From assembly GCF_009914755.1 (NCBI RefSeq), contig NC_060928.1: 64,000 bases of DNA; one strand, 5' to 3'. Under the pieces are notes generated by a model, which was not told the origin of the DNA, searched no databases, and worked only from the letters and a program-made list of their open reading frames with translations. Below, piece after piece: positions 15,302-30,542 of this stretch. Source of the stretch: the human T2T-CHM13v2.0 reference genome, Homo sapiens. The position numbers and the translations under genes were made by a program. Position 1 is the stretch's first letter; every line of letters begins with the position of its first letter.

Positions 15302-15868
15302 TGTGTTGGGGATGCTGAGGCCACATTTAGTCTCAATGATTTGCTAGAACTCACAGGACTCAGAATAGCTGCTTTGCTCATGTTTATGGTGCAAGAATAT
15401 AAATTAAACTCAGCAGAAGGAAAAGGTGCATGGCAAGAAGTCCAGGGGAAAGCAGGCACAAGCCTCCAGGTATTCTTCCCCAGTGGGGTCTCACAAACAT
15501 CCTTTAATTTCACAGGAACGTGTGACACACATGCAAATTGTTATTGACCAGGAAGCCTTGATGCTCGGGGTTTTTACTGGGAGTCATTTATTGGGGATCT
15601 GCAGAACTGACTGCAGCCATTCAAGATTTTACCCCCACCCCCAGAGCAAAATCAGATGTTCATCATACATCACATATTAGCATAAATTGTATGATCAAAC
15701 TTGTATTATGTGGTCCAATGCCTAAGACACACAAAAGCATTATTATCAGCCAAAATAGTCCAAAGGCTTAGAGTTCATCCCTCAGGAGCCAGCCAAGGGA
15801 CAGGCCTTTCTTGGCAATGTCCCAGGTCCCAGCAACCCATACCTGTTGAGTTAACTCCTTCTTGCATG
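15302..15868 (-). mobile_element. MER77/MER68-like LTR nested in an MLT1 element
   Basis: Reverse strand starts tgcaagaaggagttaactcaacagg...aaaggcctgtcccttggctggctcctg; flanked by gtaac (15297-15301) / gtagc (15869-15873). Confidence 0.75.
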
Positions 15869-16432
15869 GTAGCTAATTTCTCCCAAACTCACAGGCTTGA
15901 AGCAACATTTATTACCTCATAGTTGCTGTGGATCAGGAATCCTGGTGCAGAGTAGCTGGGTCCTCTGCTTCATCATCTCTCTCAGGCAGCGATCAAAGTG
16001 TTGGCCAGAGATGTAGTCATCTCAGGCTCCACTGGGGAAAGATATCCTTCCTAGCTCAAGTGATTGTGAGAAGGATTTATTTCCTTGTGGGCTCCTGGAC
16101 TGAGGACCCCAATTCATCACTGGCTGTAGACTAGAGACTGCTTTCTCTTTCGTGCCATGTGAGCCTCTCCAACATGATAGCTTTCTTCCTCAAAGAGAAC
16201 GAGCCTAAAAGTCAAGAGAAAGAGCATGAAGGAGCTAGCATCCTGCTAACAAGATGGGAGTCACAGGCTTCATAAGCTAATCTTGGAAGTGACATCCTAT
16301 CACTTTTGACATAGCCTGTTTATTTGAAGCAAGTTACTAGGTAGACCACACCAAAGGGAACAAATTACTGAAGGACCTGAAGACCAGTAGGCATGAATCT
16401 TTGGCAACCATTTTAGAAGCCAGCCTACCACA
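15869..16432 (-). mobile_element. MLT1 (MLT1F/G-like) MaLR LTR
   Basis: acatttattacctcatagttgctgtggatcaggaat...ccattttagaagccagcctaccaca; its 3' tip appears to lie at ~15280-15301. Confidence 0.8.
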
Positions 16433-16905
16433 CTCCTGAACATGAAGATTTTTCATAAAACATCCAGGATAATTATCAGGACCACTCTGTGGCCATGGCA
16501 CAACAAGACAAAAACAAAACCACTCAGTAATCACATCTGAGCGCAAAGAGAATGGTACAATACAATCAGAAAAATACCTAACCATGGCTTTTCTTTGACT
16601 AAAACATGTCACTACTGTTATTCACTTATGCTAATACTAGCCATGCTTTGTTCCTCTAGTATCCCAAATAAAAATTGACACCTGATTATGAAATTGGCTG
16701 CACCTCTGAGAGGATACAATCTAGAATAAACCTTCACTTCTTTAAACCCTCTCTAAACCAAAACTCTGTAATATCTCTTCTAAATCCTCCTTACTGATAT
16801 ACTTTACGTCTTCCCATGGCATGGCTTCTCCCTTACTGCAGCAAGCTAGTAAATCAACTTTGATGCTAGGTGACTCCTGTGGTCTCCATCTGGTGGGCAT
16901 TAATA
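16433..16905 (+). mobile_element. Old ERVL-class LTR (MER73/MER74/LTR53 group, subfamily uncertain)
   Basis: caagacaaaaacaaaaccactcagtaatc...ctgcagcaagctagtaaatcaactttg...tggtgggcattaata. Confidence 0.55.
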
Positions 16906-18379
16906 CGAGGCTTTGTGCTAAGAACTTTGCATATACTATTTTATTTTAATCCCCCAAATAAGGGTCTAAAAGCTTAGTGAATTTAAGTCACTTTAGCTAT
17001 GACATAGCTAAGATTTAAACACAGTCTATCTCTTGCATGAGCTGTAAATCACTCAACACATTGTATCACTCTTCTACTACGTTTTGCTATATACTATAAT
17101 AATGATGTAATGATATATTTTTATGTATCACCTTTACACTTTAATACTTTCCCTGGAGGAAATACACTTTTATAGTTCTACTGAATGAATAAAATACTGC
17201 AATGAACCATATATGTATACATTTTATTTTAAATCACTTGTGTATGAAATTAAGTTATATTTTTATCAATGACCTCTATCCTGGACTTCCTTTCTATATT
17301 TCTGATGCTGCCTTGGTGTTTTCCTTTTGTTAAAGTAAATGTCTATATCTTGCTCTTGTTCTGAATTTAGTCAGACCTTTACCACCACTTTATCTGTCTG
17401 CTTCCAGTGCCTGCCTTCCTGTGCCTAAGTTCCTGTCAATTTACCTTTTTAGTAGATTTGTTCTTCTGGAATTATGGTCTTATTTGCTAATCTAACCCAT
17501 CTTCATGGAGTTTGTATTACTTGGATCTAAACCATGAAGAGAACAGATTTCCAGGCTTCTAGGGACACTGTTCACATGTGATGATATGTGATGCTCACAT
17601 GCTTAGATCTCCCTTTATTGCCTAGTTAATGTCTTGTTTAAAGACAATCTTTGCCTGATCATTAATATCTCTTTAATCTATTTTTTCCAATATGTTCATT
17701 TCCTCTTGAGATGTGCCTAAGCCCTGGACGTGACATGTCCAGGTATTGGGTTACTTAGAAAAATGTTTCTGCTCTATAGTTTTAAAATAAGCTATCTTTT
17801 ACCCCAGCTTCTCTTCTGAGTCACAGCCATGCTGATGCTATTTGCTGGTACTAGATTTATGTACCAAGACTACAGCATCATTTAAAATATGGTATTTCTA
17901 TATTGTAAAATCCATCAGTAGTGCTCCGTTGCATATAGGATGCTTTACTCTCAGGCCTGTTCATAATTCTTGCAATATGCTTTCTTCACTTTTCAAATCC
18001 ATCCTCAAACTCCTCAGTATATTATCCCAGTGCAGTCAAAATTGTATATAAGCCCCCCAAATGCATGTGTATACATAGATACATATATATTTTTAAACCT
18101 TGCTGAAGTTCCAATTTGTGAAGTATCTTTTTTTTATCACCACCAGTCTCCAGTGACCTCACCTTCCCAGTGTCTAAAACACTATTATCTAAACACAATG
18201 TGAAACTGTCATTTGAAACTTTATGCTTTACTTGAACTAAATTTTAAAGCCAGTACACAGAACACATTGTTAAGACCCTTGAACAGTAACTTGTTAAATT
18301 AGTAAGAAATGAAATAAAACACTTTAAATTATTCAATTATATAAATAGCTCGATGGGTCATTTGTGAATGGATAGATAT

Positions 18380-18830
18380 CATAATTTTGGTTCTCCCAGA
18401 AGTAGACCTTGAGACACATAATAGAGTGCAAATAGATTGTTTGGGAAGAAATTCCATGAACATGATTAAAACCCTAAGGAAATAACACCCTAAGGAAAAG
18501 AGGAAGAAGCCAATAAACGGTGCAAGCAAGATACCACTGTGGGCAAATAGGACTCAATTCTGCTGGAGAGTTTTGGAAAACTGTTTAGAACACAGGCCCA
18601 AGATTTACCAGAATGAGGTAAGCATTTTCCACAAACTTATGACAGTCATTAGCTGAAGGCAGCACTTACAGGGCAGTAATTCCCCAGAATTCTCAGCCTG
18701 TGCTTCTCTCGCACTGTACGTTGGCAGAGAGGGCTCTGGTGCACAAAGAAAGCCCTTAGGTAAAAAGAAGTGAGTGCTGAAAGTTAGCATTTGGGACAGC
18801 TATTATGGAAGCAGATTTGAAACATCTGCT
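18380..18830 (-). mobile_element. LTR16-like ERVL LTR
   Basis: ggttctcccagaagtagaccttgagacac...gagtgcaaatagattgtttgggaag. Confidence 0.6.
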
Positions 18831-18934
18831 ACTGAGGGTAAAGAAATTTATGAATACTTATGTTGGTAATATGAATGTAATAATAAAAATGTTATTACTA
18901 ATAATTTCATTTTTGTGTGATTTATATTTTGTTC

Positions 18935-19238
18935 TTTGTTTGTTTGCTTTTTTAGAGACAAGGTCTCACTCTGTCTTCCAGGCTGGAGTGCAGTGGCATG
19001 ATCATAGCCCACTACTGTAGCCTTGAACTCCCAGGTTCCTATGATCCTTCCACCTCAGCCTCCCAAGTAATTGACACCAAAGGCACAAGCCACTACACCC
19101 AGCTATTTTTACTGTTTTTTAAGAAATGGGGTCTTGCAGTGTTGTCAAGGCTGTTTTAGAATGCCTGACCTCAAGAGAACTCCCTGCCTCCACCTCCCAA
19201 AGGGCTAGGATCACAGGTGTGAGGCACTGTACCTGACC
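18935..19238 (-). mobile_element. AluJ (Jo-like)
   Basis: Diverged reverse Alu with J-type features gatcatagc..actgtagccttgaactcc. Confidence 0.9.
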
Positions 19239-19271
19239 CCAAGTACCCTGACAAAAGACCTTGTTACCAGG

Positions 19272-19633
19272 TGTATTAGTCTGTTTTCATGCTGCTGATA
19301 AAAACATACCTGAGACTGGGTAATTTATAAAGAAAAATAAGTTTAATGGACTTACAGTTCCACATGGCTGGGGAGGCCTCACAATCATGGTGGAAGGCGA
19401 AACGCATATCTTACATGGTGGCAGGCACAGAGAGAATGAAAGCCAAGTGAAAAGGGAAACTCTTTATAAAACCATCAGATCTCATGAGACTTATTTGCTA
19501 CCATGATAACAGTATGGGGGAACCACCCCCATGACTCAATTATCTCCCACCAAGTTCCTCCCATAACATCTGGGAATTATGGGAGCTAAAATTTGAGATA
19601 AGATTTGGGTGGGGACACAGCCAAACCATATCA
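19272..19633 (-). mobile_element. THE1B-like MaLR solo LTR
   Basis: tgtattagtctgttttcatgctgctgat...gggtggggacacagccaaaccatatca; perfect 5-bp TSD ccagg (19267-19271 / 19634-19638). Confidence 0.95.
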
Positions 19634-19735
19634 CCAGGTCAAGTATTTTAAGTATGAAACCTGAAAAAAACAGGTATAAAATTGCAAATTACAATTATTA
19701 TGTTTTTATTGCTTCATGTGGTTGGCCATCTATTA

Positions 19736-19925
19736 TAGTGCTACTTAAAGTGTAGGCTGCAAAGTATGTTACTGGTCCACCATAATAAAAAGTGCTTGAG
19801 TTATAATTTAGACCAGTAGAATACCACTCAGATCAGTTGAGATTTCAATTTACATTCTGACACACATTCCTTATCTCTCAGAACCAGGAAAAAATAAAAT
19901 AGTGGACCAGCTATTTTGAGATGTA
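19736..19925. mobile_element. Probable hAT-Charlie MITE fossil
   Basis: Begins tagtgctacttaaagtgt; internal inverted pair ctggtccac / gtggaccag. Confidence 0.4.
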
Positions 19926-20627
19926 TAAACTCATGAAAATATTTTGGTTCACTATGTAATTATATATCTTTACAAATGCACCTGCCTATTACTCTGCTTC
20001 CATGTTCAACAAGCAGTTTTCAGATTACAATTCAGTTTCCCATGTAATGTCTTCGATATAAAAAAATTGGATAGGTCAATTAAATTCAATGTTATAGTTA
20101 ATATATGGTTTATATTTTCACTCTAGATTAATAAATTCTCCATCTGATTCATACATCAACACCATGTACATTTTATTAGAAGGTCAAACTCCAAAGAGAC
20201 TTGTCTTCAGGTGGGCTAATGAAATTGAACTTCTGGACATCTGAAGCTTATTACCAGGTCCTGAAATATGATTGCCAGCTTGTGGAACAATATGTGGAAT
20301 GTCAGTGTGCCTCCATGTATGATAGTTCTTCCTCATTCTTCTGCTACAGTAAATGGATCTTAAATGACAGCAGCAGGATTCATTCCTCTTTGTACTTCTA
20401 GAACCTAGCTTATTACAGGGGTTCCTAGAAATCGCTAGATAATGGTGATAAATGGATGCTCAAAGTACCTTTGAAAAGTTGTCCAAGCTTGTTCATTATC
20501 AAATAAAGAAATAATACCCACAGAGTTGACATCAGTGGACAACAATCATTCAGTTACAGAAAATACTAGATCCAATGTTTCTTAAATTCCATTCCAATTT
20601 TTTATCCCTTTATCAAACTCAATCCTC

Positions 20628-20702
20628 ATATATATATATAAATATATATTTTATATATATATAATATATATTTATATATTTATATATGTGTCTGTGTATA
20701 TA
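20628..20702. repeat. (TA)n-rich microsatellite
   Basis: atatatatatata aatatatattttatatatatataatatatatttatatatttatatatgtg. Confidence 0.9.
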
Positions 20703-23700
20703 AAACCTTTGCTAATATTCAGTTTCCAACATTTACCTAGTATGTAATAATACAGCTGAATGGATAAACATATGAACTATATCATTATATCTTTCAAATA
20801 TTTAGTCTTTTGCTAAATGAAACTAAATAAATCTATTACAGTAATTCTAAGAGCTAACTCACTATATATAAGTGACTTTGACATAGGGGATGATATTATA
20901 AGTGGCCCCATTATTAAAAGATTAAGTAAAAAAATGAAACTAACTTAATGGTGAATAGGAATTTGGGTTATCTCTTATTTCTCTACCCAGAAATATGGTG
21001 AAGTTATCCAATTTAGTGTTTCTATCCTAATGAATAAACATCCAGCAACCCTTTCATGCAGGATTCTAAAATAGCACCTCTTTTTATCAAGAATATGCTC
21101 TACCTAAAAAGAAGTATTATTTAATAATAAAACTCCATGAGTTCTAAAACTGTTATCATTTCAATTATCTTATTTTAAATATGGAAGAAAAATAGTTCAA
21201 ATATGCATTATATATTACTCATTTGTAGTTTATCTGAATATACTTTGAAGTTCAGGTTTTGATTTCATAGACCAGATCAGCCAAAGACAGGTTCTTTAGA
21301 AAGGCTGGAAAATACCCTGAATTGAGAATTTGCAAAATTAATTTAAGGTTCTAAATAAATCAGTGGGACTCTGTTTGCAAATTTGTAAAGCAAGAGCTGG
21401 GTAAGGTGACATGTTGTGGTTCTTCCTACATCAACAATGCTGCAATTTAGACTGAGTCTCTAATGACGTGGATGTGACTCTCAAGGAGAGAATGTGAAGT
21501 GAAAAAAATAACCTCATAGGTTTCTGTGATCAGTTCTATGATGCAGCGCCAAAGGACATGTGCTAATGGATAAACATTAAAATGGTAAAACGTAGTGTGT
21601 GTAAATCTGCCCTTAATAATGGGATTAAGAGAGTAAAGCAGTCCTCAAGAAGGTATCGAGTATAGGGATATGTGGTTGGTTTACTTGAAGAACATTTCCA
21701 AAAGAAGGCAAAGGCTAAGAGTGAAAAGGAAAAAAGATAATTTGTTCATCAAAAGCAATCATATGACACCACAGGGTGAGAAAAATTAAACATGGTAGCT
21801 AATTTGCCCTGTGCTATTCTGCTTAGTACATGCTTGCCACTATTTTATATCATGTATTTGATGTCTGACTTGATGCCTGTACTTGTTTTCAACTTTTTCT
21901 TTTTTACTAGAATAGAAATTCTTTTGCTTTACTTACCTTCCTTACACAACCACACACTGGTATTTCTCACAGGGCTGATGATCAAAAAATGTATATATGT
22001 TAAATATTATGAGACTCCCAAAAGACCTCGGGTCATTAGTTTAGTAATTATGTGTAAAACCCTTGGGAAAAATGCTTCAAATTATATGAAGCAGAGAATC
22101 TAAGTTTTCTCATAGTATAAGACCTCCCCATTGCATCTAGTTATGGACATGGTATAAAAGTGACATTGCAGCTTCCAAGAATATTCTTTAAAAGACAATG
22201 CTCTCTTTTCTCCTCATGATTGGAACTAGAGCAGCTTAAACAAGTGAGAGGACCTCAGAAAGAGAGGCCGTGAAAAGTGAACACAAAACAAACAAATAAA
22301 AACAAAAAAATCCAGAGAAAACACTTTGGTGCCCGAGAATTTTATGAAAGAAAATTGGATGGACTGTCTTCCTCTAAAGTTTAATAAACCAAAAACACTT
22401 TTTTTCTTTTTTAAGTTATTATATCTTTGGGCCTCCAATATGACAGTTATATTTTTCCTAATTGAAGCACCAAGCACACAGAGTATTTAAAATCAAGGCA
22501 AATTCGCCAAACCAGAGAGAGTGGCAAACTGTATGAAGTGGCTAAAGAGATATGCAAGGATCAGGTAGATTTTAATGACTGAAAGTTTTGCTAAGCAGTT
22601 TGCAACTGTATCTTAGCCTTGGAGAGAACCATTATCAAAATAAGTCAGAGGGAAAACTAATTGAATTGGCAGAGTAAACAGTGTGACTAAGTTAGATAAT
22701 GTAAATGGAACGACTTTTGGAAAGTTTAATTCTGAAGGCGTTTGAGAGGACAAAATGACGGAGCTGGATTTCCCAAGTAGTCCACCAATGAGAATGTCAG
22801 ATGACAATATTGGTTAATAAGATAAAGAGCGTGAAAAAGAACATAGAATAGGCAGATAGAGTTGGTTTCACCATGGTCTTGAAATAAAATTTAGGGGACC
22901 TTGGAACCATGTCCCATTTCATATTCCCAAAATAGATGAGATAGCAACCAAAGCTGTAGAAGCAAGAAAGTAATAGGTTTGTTTGCAGGGGATGTAATTT
23001 TTTTGGAGCAAAGGCAGGATTATATTATGCCCATTCTGAGAAGATTCTGAAAATGTATGGCGACTTTATTTTAACTAATATCAGGTGTATCAGTGAGCAG
23101 ATTGAGAAGTGCTTGGGGCGGGGAGATTAGATCAGGGAGGAATGAATAGAAGAGAGCAGTAAAAATGAGAAACCAAGGTGTGATCATTTTAGAGCACTCA
23201 AGGATTTAAAAAATTTTAATATGGAAAAGTTATCTGAACTCCAAAAATTCCAGCAGGTTAAGGCTTGATTGATTTGACTTCAGAAGGAAGCTGTTAGGAA
23301 TATGCTGAGATCTCTGGTGGATGGAATGGGGCATTGAATACCACTGGCAATCCCCAACCAGGAAAGAGTTTAGCCTTTCCCTAGGTTAACAGCGATAACT
23401 TATTCATCTATATGTTAGCATATTATGCAAACAGTTCAATATGTTTGGGAAGAAATACTGAAAATCCTTTCTCTATGATAAAGTAAGTTATTTAAATTCT
23501 CAAATTATGGATTATCCTCAAATAAGTTTTTTTTCAAATTATAATCCTTCATATTTGTTATGTATTAACCTCTATAATGCATATATACTTATTGAAATTT
23601 TGTGTTATTCTTTTTTGATACATAAAGGCATGCAGCAAATAGTATTTCTAATATAAAGACCAGTGAGATATGCAGTTCAAATTTCTTAATAATCAATTTT

Positions 23701-25773
23701 CTTTGTGATAAATTCTGAAATTGTCATTATAGTACAACAGTGGTTATTTTGCAAACTTTTTCTTATTTCCAGAACAGAACATTATTTATATGCTTATTGA
23801 ATACAAAAAATGTGTTTATGAGGACTCAAGAATTGCATAGGTTCATGAAATGCATTATCACAGATATAGTGTTTGTATGTCAGAATTTCAGTAAAATTTA
23901 TCTTAATTTTTCAGTCACACATGCACATACACATAGGCAAAAATGATTATTTCCTTTAATATTAATCATAAAATATTTGCGTGAAAATTACTATTCATAT
24001 AATTTCAATTGCTTACAGAAAATACAAATGAAGAAAAGAACAGGCATCATACTTCTTTATTTATAACTTATACTTACAGAAAAAGAAAAACATGCATGCT
24101 ACTTTATTTCAGCTTTTTTCTGATTCTATGTTTTTCAGAGGGTAGTAAAACCACCCCCTGGTGAAATAATGATTTCTCATAGAGTAGGAGGTAAAATACT
24201 TCTCTAAAGTTTTTATGAAAGAATAGGAGAGTATGATGTCTGCTTAGAGGCCAAAAATAATCCACCATAAATATAGAATAATAACCAGAAATTCGGAGAA
24301 GTACAGGCCTGTGATATGAACACACAGCTATCATTCCTTGAAATGACGATAATAACATACAAAGAAGAATTAACCAAAGTTTATACTTGTTACATTTAGG
24401 CCTATTCAAAGTTTGATTCCTGAGCCACGTGCCATTTGCCCATGTATAGAGTAAGGTTTATCCTCTCCTAATGTCGCAGCATATTTTGTGAAAGTAGATT
24501 ATATTTTAAAGAGCATGGTACGTCTTCTCTGACACCCCTTGACCATTGATTCAAACGATACATATAAGAAATTTTAAAAGTCTTCTTAAAAAGATGGCAA
24601 GTTACAATTCAGAAAAGTTTTGTGGATACTAATATTGTAAAGTGATAAAGACTAACAGGAAGTCATTTTTTTCCTAGAATAAATTTATATTTTATGGAGT
24701 ATGATTGTTTTCATTTATTCTTATTTGTTTCATCTTTCATGTTGATCTGGAGTGAACCAAATTAGAAAAGACCATCTGCTCTCTCATTTCCTCCTGGAAA
24801 ATCAGAAGAAAAAGACAAGCTCTTTTAAACATCTCCTTAGTTACTACTGTCTTCAACATTTCCCCTAATAATGAGTTTATCACTCACATCTTTAAATAAT
24901 AATTTCATTGAAATGTAACAGATATTTTAATTATATTTATTCTCCTTTATCACATTCTGGCAAAATTGCTATTGATATTTATGATTATAATTGCATATTT
25001 ATAAATGTAAATTATAATAACTTATATTTAATCTATTTGCAGTCATATTTTAATAATGAAACCAATTTTTAAAATAAAAGATGAGTTTAATTTAAATATT
25101 TCTTTGATAATATGTATATGCAATTTATTTTTTTCTAAAATAATAGGATAATTGATTACATTCCTTCCATTTTTGTTGTATCAAAGTATTCCAAATTATT
25201 CAAAATTTATCTGAACTTTTATAATTATATCTGCTTAAATGTGTAGGTTTTTATTGTATTCAAAATTAAATTTGTCTGTTTTTTAAGCAACATAATGTGG
25301 CAACCACTATAGAATTCAAAGTACATTGGATTATGAATAGTTTTTATAATCTCTGTGAGAGTATGTTCTTTTATTTTTTTTTACATGAAACAAAGTATCT
25401 CAAACAAAATAATTTATCTAGCCATTGTATATTAGGTTGAAATAATGTGGTATAAAATGGGTTAGAATAACCAGTATAATCTATTACAACATTTTAGAAA
25501 GCTTCTTGGCTTTCTAAACTGGCTATTGTCTTTATTAAATTTAAATATCAAAATCAATATGCAGTGAATGTAATAGAGAAAAAGCCTTCACAGAATAGAA
25601 ACAAGATATACTCATTTCACATTATTTATTAAAACAAGCTTTTAACTCTTATTTGGTAATAATCTAAATTATGTGTGATATTAACATATTGAACTTTATT
25701 TTCATAATGTTAAATAAATGTAAACATTCTAATTGCAAAAAGAAAAAAGGGAGAAATACTCATTTTAAAAAGC

Positions 25774-28172
<2,399 letters not shown>

Positions 28173-28173
<1 letters not shown>

Positions 28174-29043
28174 TGCAGAAACACACATAGGCTCAAAATA
28201 AAGGGATGGAGGAAGATCTACCGAGCAAATGGAAAACAAAAAAGCAGGAGTTTCAATCCTAGTCTCTGATAAAACAGACTTTAAACCAACAAAAATCAAA
28301 AGGCACAAAGAAGGCCATTACATAATGGTAAAGGGATCAATTCAACAAGAAGAGCTAACTATCCTAAATATATATACACCCAATACAGGAGCACCCAGAT
28401 TCATAAACAAGTCCTTAGAGACCTACAAAGAGACTTAGACTCCCACACAATAATAATGGCAGACTTTAACACCCCACTGTCAACATTAGACAGATCAATG
28501 AGACAGAAAGTTAACAAGGATATCCAGGAATTAAACTCAGCTCTGCACCAAGCAGACCTAATAGACATCTATAGAACTCTCCCCCTCAAATCAACAGAAT
28601 ATACATTCTTCTCAGCACCACCTTGCACTTATTCCAAAATTGACCACATATTTGGAAGTAAAGCACTCCTCAGCAAATGTAAAAGAACAGAAACTATAAC
28701 AAACTGTCTCTTAGACCACAGTGCAATCAAACTAGAACTCAGGATTAAGAAACTCACTCAAAACTGTTCAACTACATGGAAACTGAACAATCTGCTCCTG
28801 AATGACTACTGGGTACATAACAAAATGAAGGCAGAAATAAAGATGTTCTTTGAAACCAATGAGAACAAAGATACAACGTACCAGAATCTCTGGGACACAT
28901 TTAAAGCAGTGTGTAGAGGGAAATTTATAGCACTAAATGCCCACAGGAGAAAGCAGGAAAGATCTAAAATTGACACTTTAACATCACAAATAAAAGAACT
29001 AGAGAAGCAAGAGCAAATAATCTCAAAAGCTAAGAGAAGGCAA
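28173..29043 (+). mobile_element. Inverted LINE-1 segment (ORF2 endonuclease region)
   Basis: ORFs 28229-28438 and 28456-29091 with DFNTPLS, YSKIDHI and LDHSAIKLE; opposite orientation to the adjacent L1 3' part. Confidence 0.95.
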
Positions 29044-29192
29044 TTAGCTAATAATTCCAAATTTCTTCTTAAAAATCATATCTTAAAATAATGATGCTTG
29101 CAAAGTATTATTAAAATATCTTAGGAAAATCTAAACAGCATTAAATGAAACAAACATGTCCACTGAAAAGAATATACTGCAGTCACACTAAG

Positions 29193-29752
29193 TGTATTAG
29201 GGATATCCAGAGAAAAAGAACCAATAGGAGACGATAGATAGATGGATAGATAGTTAGATAGATAGATGATAGCTGGTAGATAGAGAGATATATTTAAGGA
29301 GGTTTTTAATGGAAAATGGCTCACATGGTTATGGAAGCCAAGAAGTGTCATGATGTGCCATGAGCACAACTGAAGAACCAGAAAAGCCAGTGATGTAGCT
29401 GGAAGACCTGAGGATTAGGGGCTTGGGTTGTGAATCCTGGTTTCATTCCAAATGCCCAAGAACCAAGGGCACCTATGGTTGAGAGCCAAGAAAAATGGAT
29501 GTCTCAGCTCAAACAGAGAGAGTAGTAAATTGGTCATTCGTCTGTCTTTTTTTTTTCTTTTTTGTGTTTGAGCCCTCAAAGGATGGGATAAAGCCCACCC
29601 ACAATAGTGAGGGATCTTTTTTACTTGATCTACTGATTCAATTGCTAATCTCCTATAGAAACACCTTGACAGAAAGATCCAGAAAAAAAACTGTCAGCTA
29701 TCTGGGCATCCCTTAACCCAGTCAAGTTGATTTATAAAAATTAACCATCATG
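29193..29752 (-). mobile_element. MLT2-like ERVL LTR with internal (GATA)n at ~29232-29290
   Basis: tgtattagggatatccagagaaaaagaaccaatagga...cccagtcaagttga..aaattaaccatca. Confidence 0.85.
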
Positions 29753-29769
29753 CCATGGAAGAAGGATAA

Positions 29770-30140
29770 GCCCATCAACCCAAATTTGATTTGGATGTCA
29801 AGACAGATGATGACACACAGCACCAAGAGGATATGAAGATGACTTTTATTCATGTAATGGTGCTATCTGTGGAAAGCAGAGAAAGCTCCCAAGCAGGTTC
29901 AAACATGGCTTGGGAGACAAAGTGAGAGTAAGTGAGATTTTATGGTGATTTTGGATAGAGATGGGAGCTTACACGATTTCCATGATTTGTACTTCCCACC
30001 TATGCCAAATGAGGGAGCACCTGGGCTTTCTTATTGACTAGCCCAGGAATGGAGCAAGAGGGAAAGAAGGAGGGATGGGGCTTGAAATCTGTCAGAAAAC
30101 ATAAAAAGTGGAGCCTGCTGATTTATTACAAAAAAAAATT
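29770..30140 (-). mobile_element. Probable old LTR (family uncertain)
   Basis: gatgtcaagacagatgatgacacacagcaccaagagg...tttatt (reverse polyA signal)...ctcccaagcaggttc. Confidence 0.4.
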
Positions 30141-30325
30141 GCACTGTTAACATATAATATATGAAAATAAGATTAAAACTAAAGTTTGATGGATATTTTA
30201 GACATAATCTGCAATGCTTTATCACTTCTTAAATATGCATGTTATTCTTTTTGGAATACTTAACTCAGAATGTAAGTGGGTTTTTTTAAAAAAATTAACA
30301 TATTTTTCTCCTCTAGTGTAACCTT

Positions 30326-30542
30326 GGGTATAAAATACACTTTCATTATTAACTATAACTTACTCTGCTTGTAGTTTGCAAAAGGGATGGTGAACTATAG
30401 TAACAGAAAGGTATCAGATTTTTTTTGAAGGTGGTGGGGTATAAAATACACTGTCATTATTAACTATAACGTACTCTGCTTGTAATTTGCAAAAGCGATG
30501 GTGTACTATAGTAACAGAAAAATAACAGATTTTTTTTGAGGT
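30326..30542. repeat. Tandem duplication, two copies with 111-bp period
   Basis: gggtataaaatacact.tcattattaactataac.tactctgcttgta.tttgcaaaag.gatggtg.actatagtaacagaaa starts at 30326 and again at 30437. Confidence 0.95.

Noticed and set aside
20628-20702. TA-rich tract as a cruciform or fragile element
   Set aside because: Short and interrupted; an ordinary microsatellite.
28456-29091. 211-aa ORF as a functional endonuclease gene
   Set aside because: Partial L1 endonuclease region lacking its N-terminus and promoter, inside a rearranged L1.
30350-30472. taactataac resembling the start of the I-CeuI recognition site
   Set aside because: Only ~10 bp match and no rRNA context; coincidental.
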